Positions 28,429 through 37,464 of a stretch of DNA of 64,000 nucleotides are shown here, piece after piece. The translations under genes were made by a program, and so were the position numbers. The notes under the pieces were generated by a model, which had not been told where the DNA came from, did no database searches, and was given only the letters and a program-made list of their open reading frames with translations. Source of the DNA: an uncultured delta proteobacterium (GTDB taxonomy: Bacteria; Desulfobacterota; Binatia; Binatales; Binataceae); NCBI GenBank assembly GCA_963783145.1, contig CAWAMM010000004.1:326414-390413 (forward strand), given 5' to 3'. Position 1 is the first letter of the stretch. The number at the start of each line of letters is the position of its first letter.

Positions 28429-29031
28429 TTAATTTGACGCGAAATCCTTCAAAATACTTCGAAGTTTGTTGCGCGCATAATGCAGCCGACTCATCACCGT
28501 ACCCCGCGGACACTGTAGCACGTCGCTGATCTCGTCGTAGGATAGCCCTTCTACTTCGCGCAAAAGTACCACGGCGCGATGTTCCGGGGTCAACTCCTCC
28601 AGGGCGTCCTTCAGTCTGCCTCCCAGTTCGGTCTGACTGGCGATGCGATACGAGTCACCCTCGCCACTGGGCATCCGGCGCATCTCATTCTCGGCATCCT
28701 CGCCGCGCAGGACGTTATAACGGCCTTCGCGGCGCCAGAAATCTATCGAGAGGTTAGCCGCGATCCGATACAGCCAGGTCGAGAAGCTGGAGCGCGATTC
28801 AAAATTTTTCAGGTTCTGGAACGCGCGTACAAAGGTCTCCTGCGCCAGCTCCAGGGCGTCATCTTGATTGTGCACTACCGCCAATGCGACGCCGACCACT
28901 CTGCGCTCATAGCGCTGGACCAGAACACTGAAGGAATCGCGGTCTCCTTCGCGTGCCTTCGCAATGAGTTCGGCCTCGTCGCCGTCCTGACGGCTCTTCG
29001 TCCTCAGTCGGTTAGACGGGGTAGACGCCAA
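28429..29031 (-). CDS. RNA polymerase ECF (sigma-70 group 4) sigma factor
   Basis: Sigma70_r2 (FVRAFQNL...STWLYRIAAN) and r4 (EGLSYDEISDVLQCPRGTVMSRLHYARNKL). Confidence 0.9.
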   Translation of the reverse strand: MASTPSNRLRTKSRQDGDEAELIAKAREGDRDSFSVLVQRYERRVVGVALAVVHNQDDALELAQETFVRAFQNLKNFESRSSFSTWLYRIAANLSIDFWRREGRYNVLRGEDAENEMRRMPSGEGDSYRIASQTELGGRLKDALEELTPEHRAVVLLREVEGLSYDEISDVLQCPRGTVMSRLHYARNKLRSILKDFASN

Positions 29032-29063
29032 GAAATTCAGCCTTGTTTGGGTTCATCAGGTTG

Positions 29064-31655
29064 TCAGGTTTCCTCAGAGGTAAGTTGAGCCCAGTTCGGT
29101 CCCCATTTGAGATCAGCCTTCAGGGGAACCAGGAGTTCGGCCGCCCGCTCCATCTCGCCTTTGGCAATTTCCTTAACGACAGCGAGGGATTTGGCTTCGA
29201 CCTCGATCAGCAATTCGTCATGCACCTGGAGCAGCATTCGAGCCTTGAGACTACGGCGTTTTAGCTCTCCGGCCAACTTGATCATGGCCACCTTTATCAA
29301 ATCCGCCGCAGTGCCCTGAATCGGCGTATTAACCGCGATTCGCTCCGCCTGCGCCCGCGCACCGCCCTCGGGCGACCGCAGCTCGGGAAGATAGCGGCGT
29401 CGTCCATACATGGTGGCAACGAAGCCGGTTTCGCGCGCCTTCGCCAAAGTTTCGTCGATAAACGCGCGCACTCCCTCGAGGCGCTCGAAGTAGCGCTTGA
29501 TATATGACGAAGCTTCACCCAGCGGTATTCCGAGTTCGCCCGCGAGGCGCGATGGACCCATCCCATAAATGATGCCGAAGTTGATAACCTTTGCGATGCG
29601 ACGAGCATTGGCATCCACCGTATCCCGAGTCAGCCCCAACAACTCGACTGCCGTGCGGATGTGGATATCCTCGCTGCTGCGAAAAGCGCTGGTTAATGTT
29701 GGATCTTTTGACAGATGCGCCAGCACTCGCAGGTCAATCTGCGAATAATCTGCCGAGAGCAAGACGCTTCCTTTCTCCGCGACGAATGCGCGCCGGATGC
29801 GCATCCCATCCTCGGTGCGGGTCGGGATATTCTGCAGATTCGGGTCGCTGGAGCTAAGCCGTCCCGTCGCCGTCAGCGCTTGGTGAAAAGTCGTGTGAAT
29901 CCGGCCCGTTTTCGGGTCGATGAGCTCCCCGAGCGCGTCCGAGTAGGTCGACTTCAGCTTGGTGACCGACCGATATTCCATCAGCTTGCGCGGCATTGGA
30001 TGGACCGCCGCGAGCTTCTCCAGCGTGTCGACATCGGTCGAGTACCCGCTCTTGGTCTTCTTTAGCCCCTTTACGGTCAGCTTAAGATGATTAAACAGAA
30101 CATCGCGAAGCTGAATCGGTGAGTTGAGGTTGAACTCGCGCCCAGCCAGCTCGTAGCACTCGCGCTCCAGCTTGGCGGCCTCCGCGCCGAATTCCTTCGA
30201 GATGGTTTTAAGCGCGGCTGCATCGACCGCGATGCCGGTTTCCTCCATCTCATCGAGGACCTTCGCGCATGGCATCTCGATATCGTTGAAAAGCGGCATC
30301 AGCCCGTCGCGTTCGAGCTTCGGCAGCAGCGCGAGCCGCAGCGCCGCGACAATCGCGGGTTCGGCGCCGCTAGGGGCGCCACCAGACAGCCCTGCCAGAT
30401 GCTCATGATAAAGGTCGCCGAGGTTCGGCTCCGGCTTGCCGGAGTTCACCAGAAACCCGGCCATCATCGTGTCGAAGTCCACTCCCGCGAGGCGAATCTG
30501 GAATGGCGACAGCTTGCGCAGATGGGTCTTGAGGTCGTGGACTTCCTTGGGCGGCGAGGCCTCATTGAGCAGCGGCGCGGTTCTGCCGATGAGATGCGTA
30601 TCGAAGAGAAAGGTTTTCGCCTCGCCGGAAATTTTCAGTTGCGCGGCGCCGATCGCATTCGCGCTGAGGTTCAACGATAGCCGCGGCGCGCGCTTCAGTT
30701 CCTCGAGCGCGGCGGAAAGCGTCTCCTCGGTGACCTCGATCTCCTCGCCCGCGCGAACGGGAATCGCCACCTCCGAGGGCGTCAGCTCCTGGAGTAGCGA
30801 GTTGAACTCCAACTCGCGCAGCAGCTCCGACAGCGCCTTCTCATCGATAGTATCCCACGCGAAATCCTCGGGGCCGAGGTCGAGCGGCACCTCGCAGTCG
30901 ATCGTCACCAGCTTGCGCGCCAGCATCGCATCGTCACGATGCTCGGTGAGCAGCGCGGCGACCTTTTTGGCGCCGCGAATCTTCTTCGATTCCTCCACCT
31001 TGCCGAGATTGGCATACAGATTGTCGAGGCTGCCGAATTCCTGGATGAGCGCGGACGCGGTCTTCTCTCCAACGCCTGGCACGCCCTTGATGTTGTCGAT
31101 CGAATCGCCCATCAGGGCCTGGATGTCGATGAGGTTCCGGGGCTCGACGCCGAAGCGCTCGCGCACCTCTTTCACGCCGGTGGATTTGTCGCGCATCGGA
31201 TCCCATAGCCGCACATGAGGCCCGACCACCTGCATGAAATCCTTATCGGCCGTGATGATCACAGAATCGATCTTTTTCTTGACTCCGGCGGTCGCGAGGG
31301 TCGCGATGACGTCGTCGGCCTCATAGCCTTCGCGCACGATGCGCTTGATGCGGAACGCGTCGATGACCTTATAGATGTACGGAATCTGCACCTGCAGATC
31401 GTTGGGCGTCTCGGAGCGATTGGCCTTGTAGTCGGTGAAGAGATCGTCGCGGAAGGTTCGCTTGGGCGAATCGAAAATCGCGCCGATATAGCTCGGATGC
31501 TGCTCCTTGATCAACTTGAGGAACATCCGGATGAAGCCGTAGACCGCGTTGGTCGGCATCCCGCGCGAGTTGTTGAGGGGAGGGAGGGCGAAGAAGGCTC
31601 GAAAGATGTAATTCGAGCCATCGACCAGAAAGAGTTGCCGCCGCTCCTCGACCAT
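29064..31655 (-). CDS. polA: DNA polymerase I, apparently lacking 3'-5' exonuclease motifs
   Basis: 5'-3' exonuclease N-terminus (LFLVDGSNYIFRAFFAL). Pol A motifs (RRIAKVINFGIIYGM, QVHDELLIE). 863 aa. No DTET-type Exo I motif seen in the middle domain. Confidence 0.9.
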   Translation of the reverse strand: MVEERRQLFLVDGSNYIFRAFFALPPLNNSRGMPTNAVYGFIRMFLKLIKEQHPSYIGAIFDSPKRTFRDDLFTDYKANRSETPNDLQVQIPYIYKVIDAFRIKRIVREGYEADDVIATLATAGVKKKIDSVIITADKDFMQVVGPHVRLWDPMRDKSTGVKEVRERFGVEPRNLIDIQALMGDSIDNIKGVPGVGEKTASALIQEFGSLDNLYANLGKVEESKKIRGAKKVAALLTEHRDDAMLARKLVTIDCEVPLDLGPEDFAWDTIDEKALSELLRELEFNSLLQELTPSEVAIPVRAGEEIEVTEETLSAALEELKRAPRLSLNLSANAIGAAQLKISGEAKTFLFDTHLIGRTAPLLNEASPPKEVHDLKTHLRKLSPFQIRLAGVDFDTMMAGFLVNSGKPEPNLGDLYHEHLAGLSGGAPSGAEPAIVAALRLALLPKLERDGLMPLFNDIEMPCAKVLDEMEETGIAVDAAALKTISKEFGAEAAKLERECYELAGREFNLNSPIQLRDVLFNHLKLTVKGLKKTKSGYSTDVDTLEKLAAVHPMPRKLMEYRSVTKLKSTYSDALGELIDPKTGRIHTTFHQALTATGRLSSSDPNLQNIPTRTEDGMRIRRAFVAEKGSVLLSADYSQIDLRVLAHLSKDPTLTSAFRSSEDIHIRTAVELLGLTRDTVDANARRIAKVINFGIIYGMGPSRLAGELGIPLGEASSYIKRYFERLEGVRAFIDETLAKARETGFVATMYGRRRYLPELRSPEGGARAQAERIAVNTPIQGTAADLIKVAMIKLAGELKRRSLKARMLLQVHDELLIEVEAKSLAVVKEIAKGEMERAAELLVPLKADLKWGPNWAQLTSEET

Positions 31656-31709
31656 GATCGTCTCAGGTTATCCGAGGCGGCAGGGAAAATGAAATCGTGG
31701 ACGATCCAG

Positions 31710-31778
31710 GTAGGGGCGGTTCGCGAACCGCCCGCAAGGACGTGGCGATGTGAGATCCTTCCCGATTGCCCCATCGGT
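31710..31778 (+). repeat. REP element, 5' flank of the RAYT gene (GTAGGGGCGGTTCGCGAACCGCCCGCAAGGACGTGGC...GATCCTTCCCGATTGCCCCATCGG)
   Basis: Perfect palindrome GGGCGGTTCGCGAACCGCCC. About 70 bp is shared with the 3' flank copy. Confidence 0.8.
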
Positions 31779-31835
31779 TGGAAAGCGTCAGAGGATTCTT
31801 TGCGGGATGCAAACTGTAAACCGATTGAGGCGTCA

Positions 31836-32360
31836 ATGAGTAGCGCGATACCTCGCCGACGCAGCGTGCGTTTGGACGGATACGATTACTCCTCTGAGGA
31901 ATTATATTTCGTAACCATCTGCACCGATGGTCGCGCGCCTCTCTTCGGGGAAATCATCGATGGCGAGATGATCCTTAACGCGTCAGGATCGATCGTCGAT
32001 GGGATCTGGCGGACGATGTTCCGCGTCTCGGAGGATTCGGAAACCTGGATTGTGATGCCGAATCACCTTCACGGAATTATTGCCATTGGCGATATCGCTG
32101 CGGGCGGTTCGCGAACCGCCCCTACGAAGAAACCGCTCGGGCGATGGGTGGGAGCGTTCAAGACCGCGTCGACGAACCGCATCAATGAAGTTCGCGAGAC
32201 CACTGGCTCGGTCATCTGGCAGCGAAGCTTCTATGAACACATCATTCGAGACGAGAGATCGCTGGAGCGGATAGTGGCCTATATTCGGGATAACCCAATG
32301 CGCTGGGGCACCGACCCCGAAAATCCGGAGGCCTGCAAGCGCGGCAATTCCTCCTCGTAG
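31836..32360 (+). mobile_element. REP-associated tyrosine transposase (RAYT, IS200/IS605-like HuH TnpA_REP), 174 aa
   Basis: RRRSVRLDGYDYS...YFVTICT N-terminus. HuH motif (PNHLHGII). Catalytic Tyr motif (WQRSFYEHIIRDE). The ORF-track entry 31215..32360 is an antisense read-through into polA. Start set at the ATG at 31836. Confidence 0.85.
32099..32124 (-). repeat. REP copy in inverse orientation inside the RAYT coding sequence (encodes AAGGSRTAPT)
   Basis: GCGGGCGGTTCGCGAACCGCCCCTAC is the reverse complement of the flanking REP core. Confidence 0.75.
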
Positions 32361-32430
32361 GGGCGGTTCGCGAACCTCCCGCAACGATGTGGCAACAGCT
32401 AGATCCTTCCCGATTGCCTCATCGCAGCGG
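32357..32430 (+). repeat. REP element, 3' flank of the RAYT gene; starts on the stop codon (GTAGGGGCGGTTCGCGAACCTCCCGCAACGATGTGGC...GATCCTTCCCGATTGCCTCATCGC)
   Basis: Direct repeat of the 5' flank copy with a few substitutions. Confidence 0.8.
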
Positions 32431-32761
32431 GTCGGCCCGTCATCATCCTACGCAGCGTCCGGCGGGTCACGCCAAGCAACATCGTGATTTTACTGACGGT
32501 GCGTCGACCAGATTCGAACGCCCGGTAAAGCATCCTCGCCGGACATGAGTCCTCGGGCAGGTAGCTTCTCCCTAGCGATATTGCTCCAAATTTCCTCGAT
32601 AACCCATTGATGCACCTTATTCAGCAGTAAAAATTGACTGATTCGCAGAAATCATCTTGGACTCGCTTTATTCTTCATTTATATGCTAATAGGCGTGTAA
32701 CTCGGCTGGTTATTCTTCTGTTTCGCTGAGGCCACGACATACGCACGGGAGGGAGAATGGA

Positions 32762-33715
32762 ATGAGGAATCGCACCTTAAACACGGTTGCCATGGCGATT
32801 GCGATTTTTTTGACCGCAGTCGCATTTTCGGCGTCGGCTGATGCGGGCTCGCTGCGCGAGGGTGCGACGGGTTCGGGGAGCGCGGTTACCGGAGCATTGC
32901 CGGGACAGGTTCTGTGGACCTATTACCAGACCGCTGATGTCGCCAACCTGAGTTACTCCACAGCTTTTAAAGAATACGCGTACTTCGTCAACTTTCCCGG
33001 AGGAGCGGCCGGGCGGGTAGTCGTTCCGGCAAAACTACCATCAACTCCAGTTACCGTGCGTGTCGGGAAAATTTGCTCGGGTTCGCTTGTCCCCTATGAG
33101 ACGACTTTTTCCTGTCCGGCGGATAACATCATCCGCCTCACCAACCCCAACGGTGGCGCAAACGGCAATCTGGCCGGTGCCGATCCGCAGACGGTTTGCG
33201 CGATGATCTATGTTTTCGATGATGACGAGGAAATGGGCGAGTGCTGCGGTTGCCCTTTGAGCTCGGCGCAGCTGGCGACCTTCTCGGTGGAAAACAACCT
33301 TACGGCGAACTGGGGACTTGCGGGGGGACCTGAGGCGGGACAGCAGACCAACGGGGCAATCGCTGTCGTTGCCACGGCGCCGAATGGTCCGGGGAGCACT
33401 TGCAACCCGACCAATCTTCCAGGCTACAGCGTCACCAACGCCAATAATCTGCTGGGCAGCGTCACGAACAGTCAAACCTCTTTCGTACCACTCGGCCGCA
33501 CCACAACACTTATTTCCGTTTCTGGCGGCGACGCCCAAAATTTCGTTGCGAATGGACCCAAAGTCGGTCTTCGGATTCAACCTGCGATCACCGAAACCGC
33601 GCTTTCCGATGACGCCGGTGGTGACCCAACCAACCTCACCTATCTGCAGAATCAATGCGGCGCGCTGATCGGCAACGGCACCGGCGGCGGTATCTGCAAT
33701 TGTCCGACCGAATGA
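32762..33715 (+). CDS. Hypothetical secreted Cys-containing protein
   Basis: Signal peptide (AIFLTAVAFSASA). Preceded by an AT-rich promoter region and a GGGAGG RBS. No family recognised. Confidence 0.5.
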   Translation: MRNRTLNTVAMAIAIFLTAVAFSASADAGSLREGATGSGSAVTGALPGQVLWTYYQTADVANLSYSTAFKEYAYFVNFPGGAAGRVVVPAKLPSTPVTVRVGKICSGSLVPYETTFSCPADNIIRLTNPNGGANGNLAGADPQTVCAMIYVFDDDEEMGECCGCPLSSAQLATFSVENNLTANWGLAGGPEAGQQTNGAIAVVATAPNGPGSTCNPTNLPGYSVTNANNLLGSVTNSQTSFVPLGRTTTLISVSGGDAQNFVANGPKVGLRIQPAITETALSDDAGGDPTNLTYLQNQCGALIGNGTGGGICNCPTE

Positions 33716-33740
33716 GGCGCGAGGCCTGAGATTCGCGGCA

Positions 33741-34085
33741 CTACCTCGTCATCGCGGGGGCGAAGACCACCAGCAGCACCAGCTCCTCGGTGATGCCGTG
33801 GAATCGATGCTCCTCGTGCGCCTTTACGAAGATGACATCACTGGTTGAAATCGCGTGATCCTGCTCGGGCTGATTTTCCGCCGCGACCCTCATGTGCGCC
33901 GCGCCGCTGACGACATAGTAGATTTCATCTTCGTGGTGCGGCGTCTGCCGATCTTCTTCGCCGGGTTGGAGTATATAAACGCCGCAACTCATCGCTGGAA
34001 TCCGCAGAAATTCCGCATAGGGACGTTTGCTGGACAGCTTTTGGCGGATCTCATCGATGGTGTAAAACGATTGCATGCGCATCAT
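33741..34085 (-). CDS. Cupin-domain protein
   Basis: Cupin motifs (GVYILQPGEE...HHEDEIYYVVSG ... H..H). Confidence 0.7.
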   Translation of the reverse strand: MMRMQSFYTIDEIRQKLSSKRPYAEFLRIPAMSCGVYILQPGEEDRQTPHHEDEIYYVVSGAAHMRVAAENQPEQDHAISTSDVIFVKAHEEHRFHGITEELVLLVVFAPAMTR

Positions 34086-34301
34086 ATTGCCAGGGCGCGA
34101 TCATCGACGGCTAATCTTCCGGTGGTCGAAACCCTCTTAACATCGGGGCGCGCATGTATTATTCATTCTACTTGTCACCGGCATGGTTGAAGGGGCGTGA
34201 CCTCGGGGAATCGATGCGCCGGGACAGCAAATTTCTATTTGATGTGAAACGAGCGAATTCACCATTGTGCCCTGGAATGGCTGGATGAGGTCGATTACCG
34301 A

Positions 34302-35072
34302 ATGATTGAAGTACGGCATTTGACCAAGGTTTACGGCAACTTCGTCGCGGTCCGCGATGTGTCCTTCAATGCCGACCGCGGTTCGATTCTCGGCTTCCTC
34401 GGGCCCAATGGGGCCGGCAAAACCAGCACCATGCGGGTCATCACCGGCTTCATGCCCGCCACCTCGGGGACCGTGGTGATCGATGACCTCGACATTTTCG
34501 AGAATTCGCTCGAGGCGCGCCGCCGGATTGGCTACCTGCCGGAAAATCCGCCGCTGTATTCCGATATGCGCGTCGACGCGTATCTGCGCTTCGTGGCCAG
34601 ACTGCGCGGAGTGCCGCGAGCGAATGTGGAAAATGCACTCGAGCACGCGCTGAATGTGTGCGGCCTGGAAGACATGGCGCATCGCATCTGTGGGCAGCTT
34701 TCGAAGGGCTATCGCCAGCGCGTCGGTCTCGCGCAGGCGCTGATTCATGATCCTCCGGTGCTGGTGCTCGACGAGCCCACGATCGGCCTCGATCCGCGTC
34801 AGATTCACGAAATTCGCGGACTGATCAAAACGATGGCGACCGGCAATCGCACGGTGGTGCTCTCGACCCACATCCTGCCCGAGGTTTCGCAGATCTGTGA
34901 CAAGGTCGTGATCATCAACGAGGGCCGCGTCGCGCTGGAGCAGAAGATCGCGGATCTGCCGGCCGGAACCTCGCTCGAAGATGTCTTCCTGTCGGCGATC
35001 ACCAAGGAGCATCACGAGCTGGAGGGGAGCCGCGAGGAGACGTTGGAGGAGGTGGGAGCGGGGCGCGCCTAA
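34302..35072 (+). CDS. ABC transporter ATP-binding protein (ABC-2 / GldA-like)
   Basis: Walker A GPNGAGKTST. Signature LSKGYRQRVGLAQAL. Walker B LVLDEPT. Confidence 0.9.
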   Translation: MIEVRHLTKVYGNFVAVRDVSFNADRGSILGFLGPNGAGKTSTMRVITGFMPATSGTVVIDDLDIFENSLEARRRIGYLPENPPLYSDMRVDAYLRFVARLRGVPRANVENALEHALNVCGLEDMAHRICGQLSKGYRQRVGLAQALIHDPPVLVLDEPTIGLDPRQIHEIRGLIKTMATGNRTVVLSTHILPEVSQICDKVVIINEGRVALEQKIADLPAGTSLEDVFLSAITKEHHELEGSREETLEEVGAGRA

Positions 35073-35087
35073 GTCCCGGTCATCCAG

Positions 35088-35864
35088 ATGCGAAATTCAA
35101 TTACGATCGCGGGCAAAGAGCTCGCGGGATATTTCGTGCAGCCGGTCGCCTACGTGGTGATGACGGTGTTCCTCCTGTTGGGAGGATTTTTCTTCTTTTC
35201 GTTGCTGCAGCGATTCAGCATGCTGGTGCAAATGTACGCGGCGATGCAGAATCCGCAGGTCCTGCAGCGCATCAACCTGAATCAGATCGTGATCGAGCCG
35301 CTGCTGCACAATTTGTCGATCGTGCTGGTGATCCTGGTGCCCGCGATTACGATGCGCAGTTTCGCCGAGGAAAAACGCGCCGGCACCTACGAGCTGCTGC
35401 TGACCGCGCCGGTGCGCACCGGCGAAATCGTCGCGGGCAAGTTCATCGCGGCCTCCGCTTTCATGCTCATCATGATCGCGCTGGCGGGAATCTTCCCGCT
35501 GATCCTGGTCGCATTCGGCAATCCGGAAGTGGCGGTCATGCTGTCGGGATACGTTGGGCTCGCGATTCTTTCCATCGCGTTCATCTCGATCGGGCTGTTC
35601 ACCAGCTCGCTGACCCAGAACCAGATCATCGCGGCGATCACGTGCTTCGGCGTGTTGCTGATGCTGTACGTGATTTCATGGCCGGCGCAGGAAGGCAGCG
35701 AGTCGATCATGTCGGAACTGCTGCGCTATCTATCGCTGCCGGATCATTTCGGGCAGATGGTGACCGGCATCATCGATACCAAGGACCTCGTGTACTTTTT
35801 CAGCCTGATCCTCGTGTCGCTGTTCCTGACACAGCGCTCAGTAGAATCAGCGCGTTGGCGCTAA
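35088..35864 (+). CDS. ABC-2 family transporter permease
   Basis: Six predicted TM helices. Adjacent to the ABC ATPase. Confidence 0.75.
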   Translation: MRNSITIAGKELAGYFVQPVAYVVMTVFLLLGGFFFFSLLQRFSMLVQMYAAMQNPQVLQRINLNQIVIEPLLHNLSIVLVILVPAITMRSFAEEKRAGTYELLLTAPVRTGEIVAGKFIAASAFMLIMIALAGIFPLILVAFGNPEVAVMLSGYVGLAILSIAFISIGLFTSSLTQNQIIAAITCFGVLLMLYVISWPAQEGSESIMSELLRYLSLPDHFGQMVTGIIDTKDLVYFFSLILVSLFLTQRSVESARWR

Positions 35865-35879
35865 GCAAGGTAGGAGAGG

Positions 35880-37445
35880 ATGCAGCGGCGATCGGCGGCG
35901 CTTTACGGAATTCTCGGTCTTATCGCGTTACTTTTCGCGGCCTTTGCCTACTTTGTGGCGGCCGCGTTCCGGCCTTACATCTTCATCAACCTGATCGCGG
36001 GCGTGTTCCTGATCATCATGTGGATCAGCGCCGGATGGTCGGAGGTCGGGACCTTCGTCGGGCAGCGCTCGACCCAATACGGCGCCAACGCGGTTATCTA
36101 TTCGATAATCTTCGTCGCGATTTTGATCGCGGTGAACTATATCTCGGCACAGCATCACCGGCGCCTCGACATGAGCGAAGAGCGCGTCTACAGCCTCTCC
36201 ACGCAGTCGGTGAACGTGGTGAAGAACCTGCCGAAGCCGCTCAAGATGTACGGCTTCTTCGCGGGCGGTGACAATCCCACCGCGCTGGAACTCTACGAGG
36301 AGTACGCTTACGCCTCGCCCAAGGTGACCTTCCAGATGGTCGATCCGGATCGTAACCCGGAGCTCGCCGAACGCTACAAAGTGTCGGCCCTGGGCACCAC
36401 CCATCTGCAGTACGGCGGTGACGAAAACGGCAACGGCACCAACGTCACCGAGCTGTCCGAGGAAGCCATCACCAACGCGATCATTCGGGTCACCAAATCG
36501 GCCAAAAAGACCATCTGCTTCACCGATGGTCATGGCGAAGGCGATCCGGATGACGCGACCGGGCAGAACGGATACGGCACCCTCAAGACCGCGCTCGAAG
36601 GCGAAGGCTTCCAGATCAAAAAAGTCCTGCTCGCGACCCAGGCCTCGGTGCCAGACGATTGCACGATCCTCGCCATCGCCGGCCCGGTGAAGCCGCTCGA
36701 TCCACATGAACTCGACGCGGTCGGGAAATACCTTGACGGCGGCGGTCGTGCGCTCATCACGTTCCGCGCGCCGCGGCCCAACAACGAAGTCGACGAGGGC
36801 GGCCTGGTCAAGCTGGCCGGGCAATGGGGCGTCGATGCCGGCAACGATATCGTCGTCGATCAGGTGACGCGGCTGTTCGCGGCCCCCACGCTGGGCGTCA
36901 GTCCGCTGGTGCAGAACTACGGCACGCATCCGATTACCAAGGATTTCAAGGAGCGCACGATTTTCCCGATGTGCCGATCGGTGACGCCCGCCGCCAAGCC
37001 CAAAGACGGCGAGACGGTGACGCCGCTGGCCATGACCAGCGATACCTCGTGGGCGGAAACCGACATCGATGGAATTTTCAAGCGCCAGGAAGCCAAGCTC
37101 GATCCGCAGGACAAGCGCGGGCCGATCGACGTGGCTGACGCGGTCCAGGCCGCGCAGGAGAAAGCCGGCGCCGGCAAAGAAACCCGCATCGTCGTAATCG
37201 GGAGCACCGATGCGGGTGACAATCAGTGGGTCGGACAACTGTTCAACCGCGACTTCTTCGTCAACAGCGCCGACTGGCTGTCAGGCGAGGAAAATCAAAT
37301 TTCGATTCGTCCGCGGCAGTTGCGCTCGTCGCGCTTCCGGCTGACCGCCGAACAGTTCACCATCGTGTTCATCCTGTCGGTGTTGCTGTTGCCGGAACTA
37401 CTGCTGATCGCGGGGATCGTGGTGTGGTGGGAGCGGCGCAACTAA
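35880..37445 (+). CDS. GldG-like ABC-transporter auxiliary component
   Basis: N- and C-terminal TM anchors flanking a large periplasmic domain. Conserved position after an ABC-2 ATPase/permease pair. Confidence 0.65.
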   Translation: MQRRSAALYGILGLIALLFAAFAYFVAAAFRPYIFINLIAGVFLIIMWISAGWSEVGTFVGQRSTQYGANAVIYSIIFVAILIAVNYISAQHHRRLDMSEERVYSLSTQSVNVVKNLPKPLKMYGFFAGGDNPTALELYEEYAYASPKVTFQMVDPDRNPELAERYKVSALGTTHLQYGGDENGNGTNVTELSEEAITNAIIRVTKSAKKTICFTDGHGEGDPDDATGQNGYGTLKTALEGEGFQIKKVLLATQASVPDDCTILAIAGPVKPLDPHELDAVGKYLDGGGRALITFRAPRPNNEVDEGGLVKLAGQWGVDAGNDIVVDQVTRLFAAPTLGVSPLVQNYGTHPITKDFKERTIFPMCRSVTPAAKPKDGETVTPLAMTSDTSWAETDIDGIFKRQEAKLDPQDKRGPIDVADAVQAAQEKAGAGKETRIVVIGSTDAGDNQWVGQLFNRDFFVNSADWLSGEENQISIRPRQLRSSRFRLTAEQFTIVFILSVLLLPELLLIAGIVVWWERRN

Positions 37446-37464
37446 AGCCCGTATCGATTCGACA

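Noticed and set aside
31215-31835. N-terminal 207 aa of the 381-aa ORF containing the RAYT
   Set aside because: This part is antisense to polA and has no homology. The transposase homology and a proper ATG begin at 31836.
32500-32570. tRNA-like fragment (GGGCGTTCGAATCTGG on the minus strand, T-loop-like)
   Set aside because: Contains a TTCGAAT T-loop-like heptamer, but I could not fold a complete cloverleaf (no acceptor or anticodon arms). At best a tRNA remnant next to the RAYT.
35928-37238. 436-aa minus-strand ORF
   Set aside because: Antisense to the GldG-like gene. Composition typical of high-GC shadow ORFs.
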